A DNA stretch of 64,000 nt from Veleropilina oligotropha (lineage: Eukaryota): contig JBEUKZ010000065.1 in NCBI GenBank assembly GCA_048128005.1, positions 1-64,000 on the forward strand, given 5' to 3'. The notes under the pieces were generated by a model. The model was not told where the DNA came from and did no database searches. It saw only the letters and a list, made by a program, of their open reading frames with translations. Of the stretch, positions 37,855-49,622 are shown in pieces. The position numbers and the translations under genes were made by a program. The stretch's first letter is position 1; every line of letters starts with the position of its first letter.

Positions 37855-38912
37855 GGATATCATTTGCGTGACTGCTCTGTAGGTAGTAGGTTTCAATCCT
37901 CAGTGGGACACTCATTTTATCCCCCCTGCATATAATGCGGGAGGATATAGGCATCAGCACGCCCGTCTGTAATCATTTCGTTTCCAGAGCATATCTCTTA
38001 AACTGCTTGACATATCTTTATGACACTTGGTGGGTGTATTAAGGACATGGTGAACTGGTGCCTTTTGCCAGTTTCGACGTTGAGCGGCGATTATTAACAG
38101 AGTTTTTGCCCTTGTTGTAAATTATCGTCAATATTGTTTCCGGATCATATCTCATATACACTGCTCGACATAACTTTACGAAACTTGCTGGGTGTATTAA
38201 GTAGCCGGTGAACTGGTGCCTTTTGCCAGTTTCGACGTTGAGCTGTGATCATTAACACAATTATTGCCCTTGTTGTAAATTCGTTAATGTTATTTTCTCC
38301 GGAGCATATCTCATACATCACTCAACATAACTTTACGATACTTGCTGGGTTTATTAAGTAGTCAGTGAACTGATGCCTTTTGTTATTTTCGACGTTGAGC
38401 GACGATTATTAATAAAGTTATTGCCCTTGTTGTAAATTTTAATTGATATTGTTTCCAGAGCATATCTCACTGCTCGACATAACTTTACGAAACTTGCTGG
38501 GTGTATTAAGTAGCCTGTGAACTGGTGCCTTTTGCCAGTTTTGACGTTGAGCTACGATTATTAACAGAGTTATTGCCCTTGTTGTAAATTCTTTAATGTT
38601 ATATTTTCCAGAGCGTATCTCATAAACTGCTCAGCATATCATTTGATGGGTGTATTCAGTAGCTGGTGCTTTTTGGATATTTCGATGTTGTGCAGCGATT
38701 ATTAACAGAGTTATTGCTCTTGCTTTAACTTCATTAAAAGATGTTTTCCGGAGTATAATTCTTAAAGGGGCACCACACTTTCTGCATTCTTCCCAGGGAA
38801 ACTAATTGGCGAGAACAATAGGCATACTTGACTGACCATTGATTGGTCAGCAGCATGGGTCGGAGCAAGACCAGCAGAGGTGTGAATACACCGTATGTCC
38901 TGCTAATTGAAT

Positions 38913-41900
38913 TAGTAGTAGTAGTAGTAGTAATCTTTATTTATCAAAACAGGGTAGCCATATACAACAAAAGCTGATTTCCATATAGGCCCTGTTGTCA
39001 CACTTTAAGAAACATGCTACACATATTCACACATATAACAGGCCAACTTAAAATATAATATATAAAAGCGTAAAATTTAGGAAACTATGTTATTTATGAT
39101 GTTAAAAGAATGCAGTGTCATACAATTATAAAATATTAAAATATATACATAAAATATATACATAAAAGTCACACATTAAAAATTTAACAATGTCTGTTTG
39201 CGAGTGTAAACCTTATGTATTTAGACTTAAATGATAAAACGGTATCACAGTGTTTTATATACATTGGCAGTGAATTCCATAATTTGGCTGCTGAGAACCG
39301 AAAACTTCTTTTGCCTGCTTGAGAAGTTACCATAGGCAGAAACATGTGTTTCTTACAGACTTGTCTGGTGATGTGATTATGAATTGAGGCGGTTTGAGTA
39401 ATTAATTGTGACAGGTAGGAGGGGGTAAGAGAATTTTGAATTTTATAATACATTATCACTTTATGTAAGGCCACCCTCTCGCTACATTGCAGCCAATTAA
39501 GCTCTTGTAACATATCTTCTACATGGGTTCTGTGATGACATTCCAGAATAATTCTAGCTGCTCTGTTTTGCAGTCTTTGCATCCTGCTTAGTAAAGCCAT
39601 GCTACAGTTTGACCAGATAACATCGACATAGTCAAAAAGTGGTAAAATCATAGCATTATATAAAAGTATACTGGTGTCCCTGGTAATATATGGTCTTACT
39701 CTTTTGAGTACTCCTAATCTTTGTGATATTTTCGTATGCATTTTGTTTATATGGTCTTCCCAGGTGAGGGAGCAATCAAAATACGCGCCCAAGTATTTGT
39801 AAGTTGGCACTTGCGAAATGTCTGTTCCATTTATTTGTATATTAATTTGGGGAGCATTCTGTAATCTTTTTGATGTACCCAGTAGCATCAATTTAGTTTT
39901 ACTAGTGTTTAGAGTGAGTTTATTATCATTTAGCCATTGCTGTACAAGGAAGAGCTCGTTATTTAATATGTGCTCGATCTCATTAGCATCTTTAGATGCG
40001 TAGAATATAGCTGTATCGTCAGCATACAATACAACTTTGGTTTTCGTCAGGACGGTAGGCAATTCATTTATGTACAGTGTAAAAAGAAGCGGTCCCAGGA
40101 TTGATCCTTGAGGCACGCCATAATCAATAGGCAAGCTTTCACTTATGGTATCATTTATACATACATTTTGTTGTCGAGTAGTAAGGTAGTCAGAAAACCA
40201 ATTTAGGGCCATGTCTCTTACTCCTATATTACTCAGTTTGCGGAGCAGTAGTGTGGTATCTACAGTGTCAAAAGCCTTTTTCAAATCTAAGAATACAACC
40301 CCAGTCAATAGTCCATCATTCATGTTTTTATAAACATACTCTGTTACATCTAATAATGCTGTATTTGTAGAGTGTTGAGGCCTAAACCCGGACTGGCAAG
40401 AGTTCAGTATATGTTGTTCCTTTATATAACTGTAAAGTTGATTATGTACAAGTTTTTCAAATACCTTCATTATAACAGGTAGAACCGTTATGGGTCGATA
40501 ATTTGTTGGGTTGGTCTCAAGACCGTCCTTATAGATAGGTGTTACTTTACCCCATTTCCACTGGTTCGGCAAAATGCCTTGTTCTAGAGAGGTATTGAAT
40601 AGAAACTGGAGTGGCGGTGCTATGACTGGGGCTGCATATTTACATATTTTGCTAGGAATGCAGTCTATGCCACCAGCCTTTTTAGTCGAAAGTTTTGATA
40701 ATACTTTTTCTATTTCGTTGGTTGAAATTTTTCGAAATTTGAAACATCGCACGATGTTACTTTTTTGCTCACTTTCTACGTTAAGTGTGCGGTTGAATGC
40801 CATAGCTAACTTTGACCCAATTGTGGTAAAGTATTTATTGAATTCAGTTGCTATGCTCTTAGGATTAGTAATGATTTTCCCTTCTATATCTAGCCTGAGG
40901 ATATCTTTACGCTGTTTTTTCGGGAGCATTTTTTTAAGTGTATCCCATAATTTGTCAGGTTGATTCATATTTTCTAACAATAAACCATTAAAGTATTCTT
41001 TTTTTCCTTTTCGGATTAGGATGTTAACATGGTTTCGGAAAGATTTATACTGTTGACGGGCTTGGGGATCATTGTCCCTTCCTGCCTTTTTGCGGTAGAA
41101 ATCCCTTTGGTGAATTGCATTTATTATTTCATCGGTTATCCAAGGTACTTTTTCACCTCTAACTCGCTTAGTAACCTTGGGGGCATGTTTATCAAAAGTT
41201 CTGTATAATACCTGCTGGAAGACGTTCCATGCATCATCTACAGTGTCGAAGACTTCCAAAATAGACCATGGAAAAAGCTCAAGCTCTTGCAAAAATGCTT
41301 TTACATTGAACTTTTTCCACTGTCTTGTATGTATAATCTTAGGTGGAGGTTTGGGCACTCGGCCGCTATGTACACAATAAACTAGGTCATGATCACTAAT
41401 ACCTACATCTATTACTCCACTATCTGTGATTTTCTCACTAGTAGTATATACATGATCAATAAGTGTTTGAGAATATAACGTAGTTCTGGTAGGTTGATTT
41501 ATCAATTGTTTGAAATTGTAATCACCACACATATCTGTTAGTTGTCTTGAATGACCACCACGAGAGCCTAACAAGTTTACATTAAAATCTCCTAATAAGA
41601 ATGCATAAGCATCCAAACTTGACACAGTTTCTAGAGTGGTGTTTAAGTTTGTAAGAAATGAGTTTATATCATAATCTGGAGGTCTATATAACACTCCGAC
41701 TAGAAATGCTTTAGTAGCCGGTAATTTTATCTCCGTCCATGTGCATTCAAAACGGTCAATATCACATGAGAGGTCTGGTTTCGGTGTGGCTTGGAGATGG
41801 TCCCGGCAGTAGGTTATAACTCCTCCTCCGTTTCGGGTTCTGTCTTTCCTTGAGGTGATCTTGTATCCAGGAAGTTCGATCTCGTTGTCCATGATCTTGT

Positions 41901-42630
41901 CGTCTAACTTTGTTTCCGTTAGAGTCAGTACGTCAAATGGTGTTAGCCCCATGGCTATTTTCAGTTGGTCAAGATGACCAAGTAAACTGTTTATGTTATA
42001 ATGAGCTATTTTTAATCCTTTAATCCCGATGTTTTTAATTACGCTCGTGTTACGTTGGGTGATTATTTCCTCAGCCAGCGAGGCATGAGTGTCGGGATCT
42101 ATTTCTGGCAGAGTACATTTTCGACATAGCCAGGGCACACTTGGTTCCGATATTCGACGAAACTCGTTTATCGCCATACCATCACATTTTCTGTGCACCC
42201 ATAGATCACATTGATCACATTGTATCGCCTGTTGATTTGAGCGTACCGCTTTACCGCACATATTACATGGGTTGCGAATGGGGCCTGGATTTACTTCAAC
42301 GTCAGCAGCCAGAAGTAGGAGTATCGAAATGTGTGTGAAGGGCCTGCTTGCTGCTGGTGGGCGTTGCCAAGTTGCCAGGCAATTTGTTGACCGATACATT
42401 ATCGTTATTTTCTTTAGCCACCTCTGTAGATTAAATTGATTGTGGCCAGTCCACGCGAGTGATTCCTCAGAATTTGTAGACTTGAGAAATTCTGGTCTAA
42501 TCACTCTGTTTTCCAACGATCTGCACCATGCCAGAACGTTCATCGCGAGCAACAATGCGACTATTATGCCCCTAGCCACCATTGTCTAGGTTTAAATAGG
42601 AGTGGAGAGCAACTTGCTAATTGTTGAACA
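38913..42630 (-). mobile_element. CR1-group (Crack/Daphne/L2-like) LINE with an intact ORF
   Basis: (TAC)n tail with AATAAA at ~38913-38942; interrupts the left TIR of the TTAA element; 5' end approximate. Confidence 0.9.
39184..42582 (-). CDS. LINE polyprotein: 2A-like peptide, PHD finger, AP endonuclease, reverse transcriptase (1132 aa)
   Basis: DVEVNPGP; CxxC..CxxC..WVHRKC..WLCRKC; HYNINSL, LTETKL, YRPP, GDFN, IDH, SDH; NYRPI, QSGFR, LDLKKAFDTVD, GVPQGSILGPLLF, YADD. Confidence 0.95.
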   Translation of the reverse strand: MVARGIIVALLLAMNVLAWCRSLENRVIRPEFLKSTNSEESLAWTGHNQFNLQRWLKKITIMYRSTNCLATWQRPPAASRPFTHISILLLLAADVEVNPGPIRNPCNMCGKAVRSNQQAIQCDQCDLWVHRKCDGMAINEFRRISEPSVPWLCRKCTLPEIDPDTHASLAEEIITQRNTSVIKNIGIKGLKIAHYNINSLLGHLDQLKIAMGLTPFDVLTLTETKLDDKIMDNEIELPGYKITSRKDRTRNGGGVITYCRDHLQATPKPDLSCDIDRFECTWTEIKLPATKAFLVGVLYRPPDYDINSFLTNLNTTLETVSSLDAYAFLLGDFNVNLLGSRGGHSRQLTDMCGDYNFKQLINQPTRTTLYSQTLIDHVYTTSEKITDSGVIDVGISDHDLVYCVHSGRVPKPPPKIIHTRQWKKFNVKAFLQELELFPWSILEVFDTVDDAWNVFQQVLYRTFDKHAPKVTKRVRGEKVPWITDEIINAIHQRDFYRKKAGRDNDPQARQQYKSFRNHVNILIRKGKKEYFNGLLLENMNQPDKLWDTLKKMLPKKQRKDILRLDIEGKIITNPKSIATEFNKYFTTIGSKLAMAFNRTLNVESEQKSNIVRCFKFRKISTNEIEKVLSKLSTKKAGGIDCIPSKICKYAAPVIAPPLQFLFNTSLEQGILPNQWKWGKVTPIYKDGLETNPTNYRPITVLPVIMKVFEKLVHNQLYSYIKEQHILNSCQSGFRPQHSTNTALLDVTEYVYKNMNDGLLTGVVFLDLKKAFDTVDTTLLLRKLSNIGVRDMALNWFSDYLTTRQQNVCINDTISESLPIDYGVPQGSILGPLLFTLYINELPTVLTKTKVVLYADDTAIFYASKDANEIEHILNNELFLVQQWLNDNKLTLNTSKTKLMLLGTSKRLQNAPQINIQINGTDISQVPTYKYLGAYFDCSLTWEDHINKMHTKISQRLGVLKRVRPYITRDTSILLYNAMILPLFDYVDVIWSNCSMALLSRMQRLQNRAARIILECHHRTHVEDMLQELNWLQCSERVALHKVIMYYKIQNSLTPSYLSQLITQTASIHNHITRQVCKKHMFLPMVTSQAGKRSFRFSAAKLWNSLPMYIKHCDTVLSFKSKYIRFTLANRHC

Positions 42631-45274
42631 AAGGAGCGATAGGATTAAACAATGTTCTGTTTTCTGCAATTATTGCAAAGTAAACAACAGGCTGCCCACA
42701 AGTGTAATACCTGGAAATTTAATGTAAGCTGACTAGGTCAATCAGTACTTGATGCTTTTATACAAAATGTCAAGAGTTCAGAAACAGAAGATGGGGTCAT
42801 CTGGAATTAAACATTACACAAAATGAGACAGTAAACATTGATCCAAACTAAAAAATCATAATGAAGACCACATGTTTCAGCAATCATATAATATATAGAT
42901 GCTTACATATGAATATGAAATAATGTCAGGAGACACGAATGTTTAGATAATTTTATTTACATTGACCTATACAATATTCATATACATGTATTACAAACAA
43001 CTAACTTCGCCTCAAACGCATCTTTGTCACTCATGCTGGAAAATGTGCAATCTATTGTTTTTTCCGTATTTGCTGTTTGCAAGTATAAGCATACGATTTC
43101 ACAGAACCATCCTCTAATCGTTTTGTTGTATGCTTTCTAGTAGAAACAGGCGGTGTTCCGGAGCAGAAGAGGATGTCATTATGTCAAATCGAAGGTTTTG
43201 CAAATAATAAAATTTATAAGTACGCACTACAGATTATATAGGGTGTGTTTTGAAAAGAATATTCTTACAAATGCATTATTCCGACAGGTGTTGCACAGCC
43301 ATAGCATGTTTAAATAAACAAATAATTATATGGCTTTGGCGTTTTAAAAACATGTGGAGTACCTCAGATTTGCGTATCAAAAGACCACTTCCCTCAATGC
43401 ACACAGTCAAAACATTTCGGTCTGCGATGTTTACATGGTGCATTATGCACATGTAAAGCAGTCGTATGTCTTCTCAATTGTAGTTTTTATAGAAATTACT
43501 TTATGAAGACCATCTGTTTCAGCAGTGTTATGTAAATGAGTCACAATTGCGTAATGAGCCTTTGTATATCTCAAAATCCGTCTAAATAAACTAATAATTT
43601 ATTGCTTACAAATGAACTATGGTCATCGTCAAAGAAATAAACTTAGACTGTGGTTTTAGGTGTGAACGGTCAATCATGCTATCTGGGACCAATATATATA
43701 TCAACAAATTACCACATTTTGCTAGTCCAATTATGATGAACTTTGGTAAAAGAAATAATGTCAGTGTCATTGGAGATTTATTAATTAAATGTTAAATGAT
43801 TACTAACTTTGCAATCAATTAAATTTATTCATCTTTAAAACTGTTACATATTTGAAGCCATGACATATCATCATTATGCGTATATGATTTTTACATTTTT
43901 TATGCTTTATCTCAAGTCCTAGATTTGGTAAAGTTTTTTTTAAGTCTGTGTTTATTAAATTTGTGCATTTTTGGATTGATGGTCATCTATGTAATATTTT
44001 AGTGGTAATTTTGGGCATGAAATGATAAAGCGGTATTCATCTTCTATTACATTTATTTTACGATTTTGTGATAATCTGTTTGTTCTGATCACTCCATGAA
44101 ATCTACCGTCTTCTATTGCGAAGTTACAATCACCGCTTCGAATTTGTCTATCAACAGTTATGAAATATTAAAGAATGCTGGCTGGCAACAATGATTTTGT
44201 TATCGAACATCTAGATAAACAACTAGTTTGCCTAAAGGTTCATTTCCATTACTGTATATAAAGTTTTGATACAAAACCGCCAGTTGAGCAATATGTGTGA
44301 ATTGGATCAGATTTCATTTTGACTGTAACAAAAGAACAAAGAAAAGCTATCACAGATCTATTTACCTATAACGGTTGGGACACATTATGCAGCAATACAA
44401 TCTTATCATAAATATGTAGTTACAAACTTACTTACGTCCTTACTCTTGCCATAATAGTCATATTATCGCTAACCGGAAACAGTGAATAAAGTCACATTTA
44501 GGCACTTATTAAGTCAAAACGTACCACGATTACCTCCCCTGCTCCCGCTCTCTAAGTTCCCCCGGCGAGATCTCGCCAAGTCTCGCGAGATATCCGAGCT
44601 CGAGATCACAAGACCTCAATTCAAAGTTTTCCGCCGAGACGGAAAGACGTGTTTTTGCTCCGCAAAACACAAGTGAATAAGGAGGATTGTGATTCTAAAG
44701 CTTCGAAGAAGTTCTGAAAATCAGTGAAACCGACATCGCCGCTGTTGCAGGGAAAAGCATGGCCGCTCAGAGGGGAAGTTTCGTGTAATAGAAGAAATTT
44801 CTGGTCGGTATTTTATCTGATATTGTTTGAGACTGCAAACAGGTAACTCATTATATTGGATAATTCCTTAACGATGCTATTGCTGGTTATTATTGTATAC
44901 AAATTCTAGCGTCGTTAATAGGCAGGATCGTTTTGATATCACGCTTGCGTTTTTCTGATATCCTGCCGTTTCTGGGATAATACGCCATTGTACTAACATA
45001 AAAACATCCACGAGGTTTTCAGGTGTTTTTCTGGGCGGTTTTTTCGAAGAAAGAACCCCCGTTTGTCTAGTCAATTTGCCGGGTTACCGGGTCGTGTCGG
45101 GTAAATACCCGACCTCGGTGTTCCCAGTTCGGGGTTTTTTGCGGTATATCGCTTGATCTTTGATCTTCAGATCAGGGCAATTCTGAGAGTTGTCGTAGTA
45201 AAAGTCACAACTACCATATATATACATATTTACCTACCCCGTTTACCCACTACCACCCTCCCGTGTATTCAGCT

Positions 45275-47548
45275 ATGGTCCGGTGCAGTAGCTCCGGGTG
45301 TAACCAGAAAATTCACGGGTTTGATAAGCACACGGAATGCCGTATTCACCGTAGTTGTAGTCGTAAACTTCAATGTGATTTGTGCATTCTTTTATCAGAG
45401 AAGCAGTGGGCGGTTCTATCCCACCCGGGTAAGTCGACCAGGGCGACTGCCACGGTGGGCCCTAATCCAGAGAAGGGTCTGGAAAAGGGGCTGATTGAAG
45501 AGACTGGTAAGTTAAGGGATAATTCTTCTTTGTCTGCTTCAGGGACTTCAGGGGCCAGGGACGACAGCCGACGTAGGGCTCCGTCTGTCGCCGGATCTAC
45601 CGGCGAAACCTCCGCGACTCTTGGGGGAGTCACCGAACCCTTGCCGGGACCCCAGATACAGGTAAAGGCCCGAGTGCCGACCCTTACTCCTCGACCGGGC
45701 CTAGTAGCTGCAGCCAACCATACCTTGCCGGCTAGCAAGGTATATCTGGCAGCGCAGCGAACAGCTGAACAGGGCAGACGATCCCCTTCCTATTCTTCGG
45801 CCTCGAAGAATCAGGGGCCAGTTAGTCCTTCTGCGGGAAACTCTCCGTCTAGCGACAGGGACAGACTCAATGCAGAGAAAGCCTTTAAAGAGGCCGGGCA
45901 CCTTTTCGAAGGTCTAAGATCCGGACAATCGGCGACACCTGAATCCTCGATCGAGAACGACGCGACTACCCCTAAGGGTTTTCCGCTCAACCTCGAAGCT
46001 CACGAGACATTCAGAGGGCCCGTTCTTTCCCGTGCACCCACGATGGTCACGCTAGAGAACGTGGACAGACCGGCTGCGTTCGGGACGGGGTTCTACGGCG
46101 GTTTTCCGACCGTGCCTCTCCCGAACAGAGTGGTAGACCGATCTGAACTGTTGCCGCAGTTCTATCGGTCGTCCGGCCCACTGACTGCGCCTTCGGGCCA
46201 GCCCTTCGGGTTCGACCCCTCGACAAGTGCCCTAGGACCCTGGTCCTCGGCCCCACCTGTCTATGCAGCCCGTCTACCTAGCGCCACGGTTTCCTCGACT
46301 GAACTACCGGCTGTTAGTTCGACGCCCGTCCTGCCTCAGGGTTTCTCTTTGGAGAACGTCCAGGCATGGATCGCGGCGGGGATCGAGGAACTGTGTAAGG
46401 CCTGGCCGACGGCTCCCCAGCCGCGCCTGGTACCTACACATCTGCCCATGGCGCAGAGCACGGCTCCTGCCTCCGTGATGGAGATCGACCCTCGTTCCGA
46501 CGAGGACCTCGGTTCCCTTCACTCCGACCTCCCTGAATCGGTCGGGCCCGAAGACGTTAGTCTTTCAGGCACGCAGGAGCCGACCTCCTCCACCCGCCGA
46601 AGGCTCGACGCCGTTGCGTCACTTCGCGGGGTGCTTGGCTTGTCGGAACCGACTCGGTCGGCCGTAGACGTAGTCAAGCACAGGACGGCAGCACATCGGT
46701 TTGTTGCGAGGGAAGCCGCCGTGCTCCCCTCCTTACCTCAGTCTGGGCTGGTTGATCTTGTCGTTGACTCGACAACCAAGCTCATTCAGGAGCGCAATCC
46801 GGTGGAGTCCTCCCCGCTGACCGAGTTCCCTTCGGGGTTCCGTAGTGGGAGGTACCTCCGGGCCAGTTCGCGAGCGATCCCGTTCGCCTGTACTGGTCCG
46901 TGCCTGGCGACTGAGCCGGCTCATGTAGACGCTTCGTTGCGTCGACTGACCGCCAGTCACACTCCCTCCGTGGCGAAAGTTCCTTGGTCCGCCTTGGAAG
47001 CTTTCGAGAGCGCCGCCCGACGGGCTCTACGGCTATCGTCTGTTCAGGATTTTTTCTTGGACGGCGCGATAGCCGTACTACAGGAGGATGGACCCGGCGC
47101 CCACGAGGCTGCCCTGTCCTTCCTCCAGGAGGTTGCTGCCGCACAGGAGACCAGCACGTTGGAGACGGGACGTGTCCTGGGCAATGCACTCCTACTTCGT
47201 AGGGATGCTTGCCTGGAAGGCACCTCGCTAGACGAGGCCACCCGGCGCTCGTTGCGATGCGTGCATTGCTCGGCCACCACTCTCTTTGGTGACAACTTTT
47301 CGGAGTTCGTTGACAAGAGAGCGGCGGACATGAAGGACCGTGCCATCGAGAAGGCGGTACTGCACCCCGTTCGGGGTCCACCTGCCGACTCGAGGAAGCG
47401 CTCAGGGCCCACCCGGGTCCCGAAGCCTTCTAAGCGTGCGAAGCCCTCTTCGGGTGGTAGGCCTCCGGCCAATAAACCCACTCCAAAGAGGCAAGCACCT
47501 CCAGCGAAATCCCGTAAGCAGAGCGGGAGAGGGAAGCCTCGGCCCTAG
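45275..47548 (+). CDS. DIRS ORF1 (gag-like)
   Basis: First ATG at 45275; Cys/His-rich N-terminus, low-complexity middle, NALLLRRDACL..TTLFG motif, basic C-terminus. Confidence 0.8.
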   Translation: MVRCSSSGCNQKIHGFDKHTECRIHRSCSRKLQCDLCILLSEKQWAVLSHPGKSTRATATVGPNPEKGLEKGLIEETGKLRDNSSLSASGTSGARDDSRRRAPSVAGSTGETSATLGGVTEPLPGPQIQVKARVPTLTPRPGLVAAANHTLPASKVYLAAQRTAEQGRRSPSYSSASKNQGPVSPSAGNSPSSDRDRLNAEKAFKEAGHLFEGLRSGQSATPESSIENDATTPKGFPLNLEAHETFRGPVLSRAPTMVTLENVDRPAAFGTGFYGGFPTVPLPNRVVDRSELLPQFYRSSGPLTAPSGQPFGFDPSTSALGPWSSAPPVYAARLPSATVSSTELPAVSSTPVLPQGFSLENVQAWIAAGIEELCKAWPTAPQPRLVPTHLPMAQSTAPASVMEIDPRSDEDLGSLHSDLPESVGPEDVSLSGTQEPTSSTRRRLDAVASLRGVLGLSEPTRSAVDVVKHRTAAHRFVAREAAVLPSLPQSGLVDLVVDSTTKLIQERNPVESSPLTEFPSGFRSGRYLRASSRAIPFACTGPCLATEPAHVDASLRRLTASHTPSVAKVPWSALEAFESAARRALRLSSVQDFFLDGAIAVLQEDGPGAHEAALSFLQEVAAAQETSTLETGRVLGNALLLRRDACLEGTSLDEATRRSLRCVHCSATTLFGDNFSEFVDKRAADMKDRAIEKAVLHPVRGPPADSRKRSGPTRVPKPSKRAKPSSGGRPPANKPTPKRQAPPAKSRKQSGRGKPRP

Positions 47549-49622
47549 GGCTGCCGGCATTCGCGACGGTCCCAGTTGCCCGCTTCCGCCGGTGGGAGCG
47601 TGCCTGTTAGCGCACAGCCAGTCGTGGCTGGAGCTGACAGACAGCAACTGGGTCCACTTAGTCGTGAGTGCCGGATACAAGTTGGCATTCAACCGGCATC
47701 CGACCTTAACCGAGGCACCACCATCAAGACACGCTCGCCTCCTAAACGGAGAGAAACAAGCGGTCTTAGACCAGGCAGTGCGGGATTTGCTCCTAAAAAG
47801 AGCGATATATCCCGCGCCGCCCAGCACACCAGGATTTTACAGCCATTTCTTCCTGGTCCCGAAACCCGATGGCCGCTGGCGACCGATCCTCGATCTCTCG
47901 TATCTCAACCGATATCTTCGTACCGAGAAATTCCAGCAAGAAACCCTCTCGAAGATTCGAGCGGCCATCCGTCCGGGCGACTGGGCAGCGTCTATCGATC
48001 TGACCGACGCGTATCTGCATGTCCCGATGCATGTCACGGCTCATCAGTACCTTCGGTTTATACACGGGGAGACGATCTACCAATTCAGGTGCCTACCGTT
48101 CGGTCTATCGTCAGCCCCTTACGTCTTCACGAGAACAGTACAGGCCCTAGGGGCCTTCCTACACTCTCTAGGGCACAGGGTACATATGTACCTCGACGAC
48201 TGGCTGATCCTCGGGGCGTCCCGGGATCTGTGCCTCCGGTCTACGAGCTTTACCCTGTCATCGACGAAGCGCCTGGGATTTCAGATCAACGAGACAAAAT
48301 CCTGCTTCGTGCCCTCGACGACGTTTACGTTCCTCAGAGTCGACTTTGATACGGTCCAGTACACCGCGAAGCCGACCCAGAAGCGTATGCGGAACCTACG
48401 CGCGGTTATCCAAGACACCCTGTCATCGGACATAACTACGGCGCGACAACTGGCCACTGTCCTGGGGCACATCGAGTCGGTAGCGACCCTGCTACCGACG
48501 GGTCGCATGGACAAACGACCGTTACAACAGGCGTTCAGGGATCGCTGGATACAACGGACGGGGCAGTGGACGGATCGCATCGATCTTCGGCATTGGTTTA
48601 CCAACACAACAGCAGTGTGGTTGAACCCTGCTTTGCCGGACCAGTCGGTTCCTATATCCCCGCCAGAGCCGAACGCTTACCTGTTCACAGACTCTTCGAA
48701 CGACGGCTGGGGTGGTCACCTCGACAGTTATGAGACATCAGGCCTATGGCCGACGGACCTTCAGGGACGACATATCAACTTCCTAGAGTTAGAAGCCGTC
48801 TACCTGTCAGTACGGTCCCTCTCGTCACATCTCCGCAACAAGCACATAATGCTCGCCACGGACAACACGACTGTCGTCGCTTACATCCAGCACCAGGGCG
48901 GCACTCGCTCGCGTCCCCTTTGCGACCGAGCAATAGACCTACACCGCCTAGTGATGTCCCTCAACTCGACGATTCGAGCCCGACACATCCCGGGAAAGCT
49001 GAATGTCAGAGCGGACTCGCTCTCTCGGAAATCACAGATTATACACACAGAGTGGACGCTACACAGCCGAGTAGCTCGGGACGTTTGTCGCCGGTGGTCG
49101 CAACCCCTAGTCGATCTGTTTGCAACAGAGTTCAATTACAGACTACCTCTGTATGTCTCCCCGTACCCGGACCCGGCCGCCCTAGCGGTCGACGCACTGT
49201 CAATGACATGGGAGAATCTGTCCGCATATGCCTTCCCCCCGTCGTGCATTCTATCACTGGTATTACAGAAGGCATCGAACGAACGTTGCGAGATAACGCT
49301 AATAGCGCCCCTGTATCGCACGCAACCTTGGTTTCCGACCCTCCTCGATCTGATCGTCGATCGACCGTTAGCGCTACCGCAGAAACTAGACCTGTTAATG
49401 CAGCCGCGCTCCCGTGTACTACACCCATCGCCGAACGACTTACGTTTACACGCCTGGCGGTTATCGAACGATCCCTTGCTAAGAAAGGATTTTCTCACGC
49501 AACAGCCCTACGCATCTATCGATCGAGAAGGATTTCCACGACAAAAGTTTATGACTACCGATGGGTCAAGTACGTGGATTGGTGTCACAGCAGGCAGGTC
49601 AATATACTCCGTCCCCCTGTGA
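47340..49622 (+). CDS. DIRS RT - RNase H - methyltransferase-like ORF (start uncertain)
   Basis: GFYSHFFLVPKPDGRWRPILDL, IDLTDAYLHVP, LPFGLSSAP, YLDD; FTDSS..GWGG, HINFLEL, TDN, HIPGKLNVRADSLSR; VDLFAT..YAFPP..QPWFP. Confidence 0.93.
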   Translation: MPSRRRYCTPFGVHLPTRGSAQGPPGSRSLLSVRSPLRVVGLRPINPLQRGKHLQRNPVSRAGEGSLGPRAAGIRDGPSCPLPPVGACLLAHSQSWLELTDSNWVHLVVSAGYKLAFNRHPTLTEAPPSRHARLLNGEKQAVLDQAVRDLLLKRAIYPAPPSTPGFYSHFFLVPKPDGRWRPILDLSYLNRYLRTEKFQQETLSKIRAAIRPGDWAASIDLTDAYLHVPMHVTAHQYLRFIHGETIYQFRCLPFGLSSAPYVFTRTVQALGAFLHSLGHRVHMYLDDWLILGASRDLCLRSTSFTLSSTKRLGFQINETKSCFVPSTTFTFLRVDFDTVQYTAKPTQKRMRNLRAVIQDTLSSDITTARQLATVLGHIESVATLLPTGRMDKRPLQQAFRDRWIQRTGQWTDRIDLRHWFTNTTAVWLNPALPDQSVPISPPEPNAYLFTDSSNDGWGGHLDSYETSGLWPTDLQGRHINFLELEAVYLSVRSLSSHLRNKHIMLATDNTTVVAYIQHQGGTRSRPLCDRAIDLHRLVMSLNSTIRARHIPGKLNVRADSLSRKSQIIHTEWTLHSRVARDVCRRWSQPLVDLFATEFNYRLPLYVSPYPDPAALAVDALSMTWENLSAYAFPPSCILSLVLQKASNERCEITLIAPLYRTQPWFPTLLDLIVDRPLALPQKLDLLMQPRSRVLHPSPNDLRLHAWRLSNDPLLRKDFLTQQPYASIDREGFPRQKFMTTDGSSTWIGVTAGRSIYSVPL

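Noticed and set aside
28798..37935. Many long ORFs (up to 957 aa) in the 35-bp satellite
   Set aside because: The monomer lacks stops on the + strand, so all three frames stay open; repeat artefact
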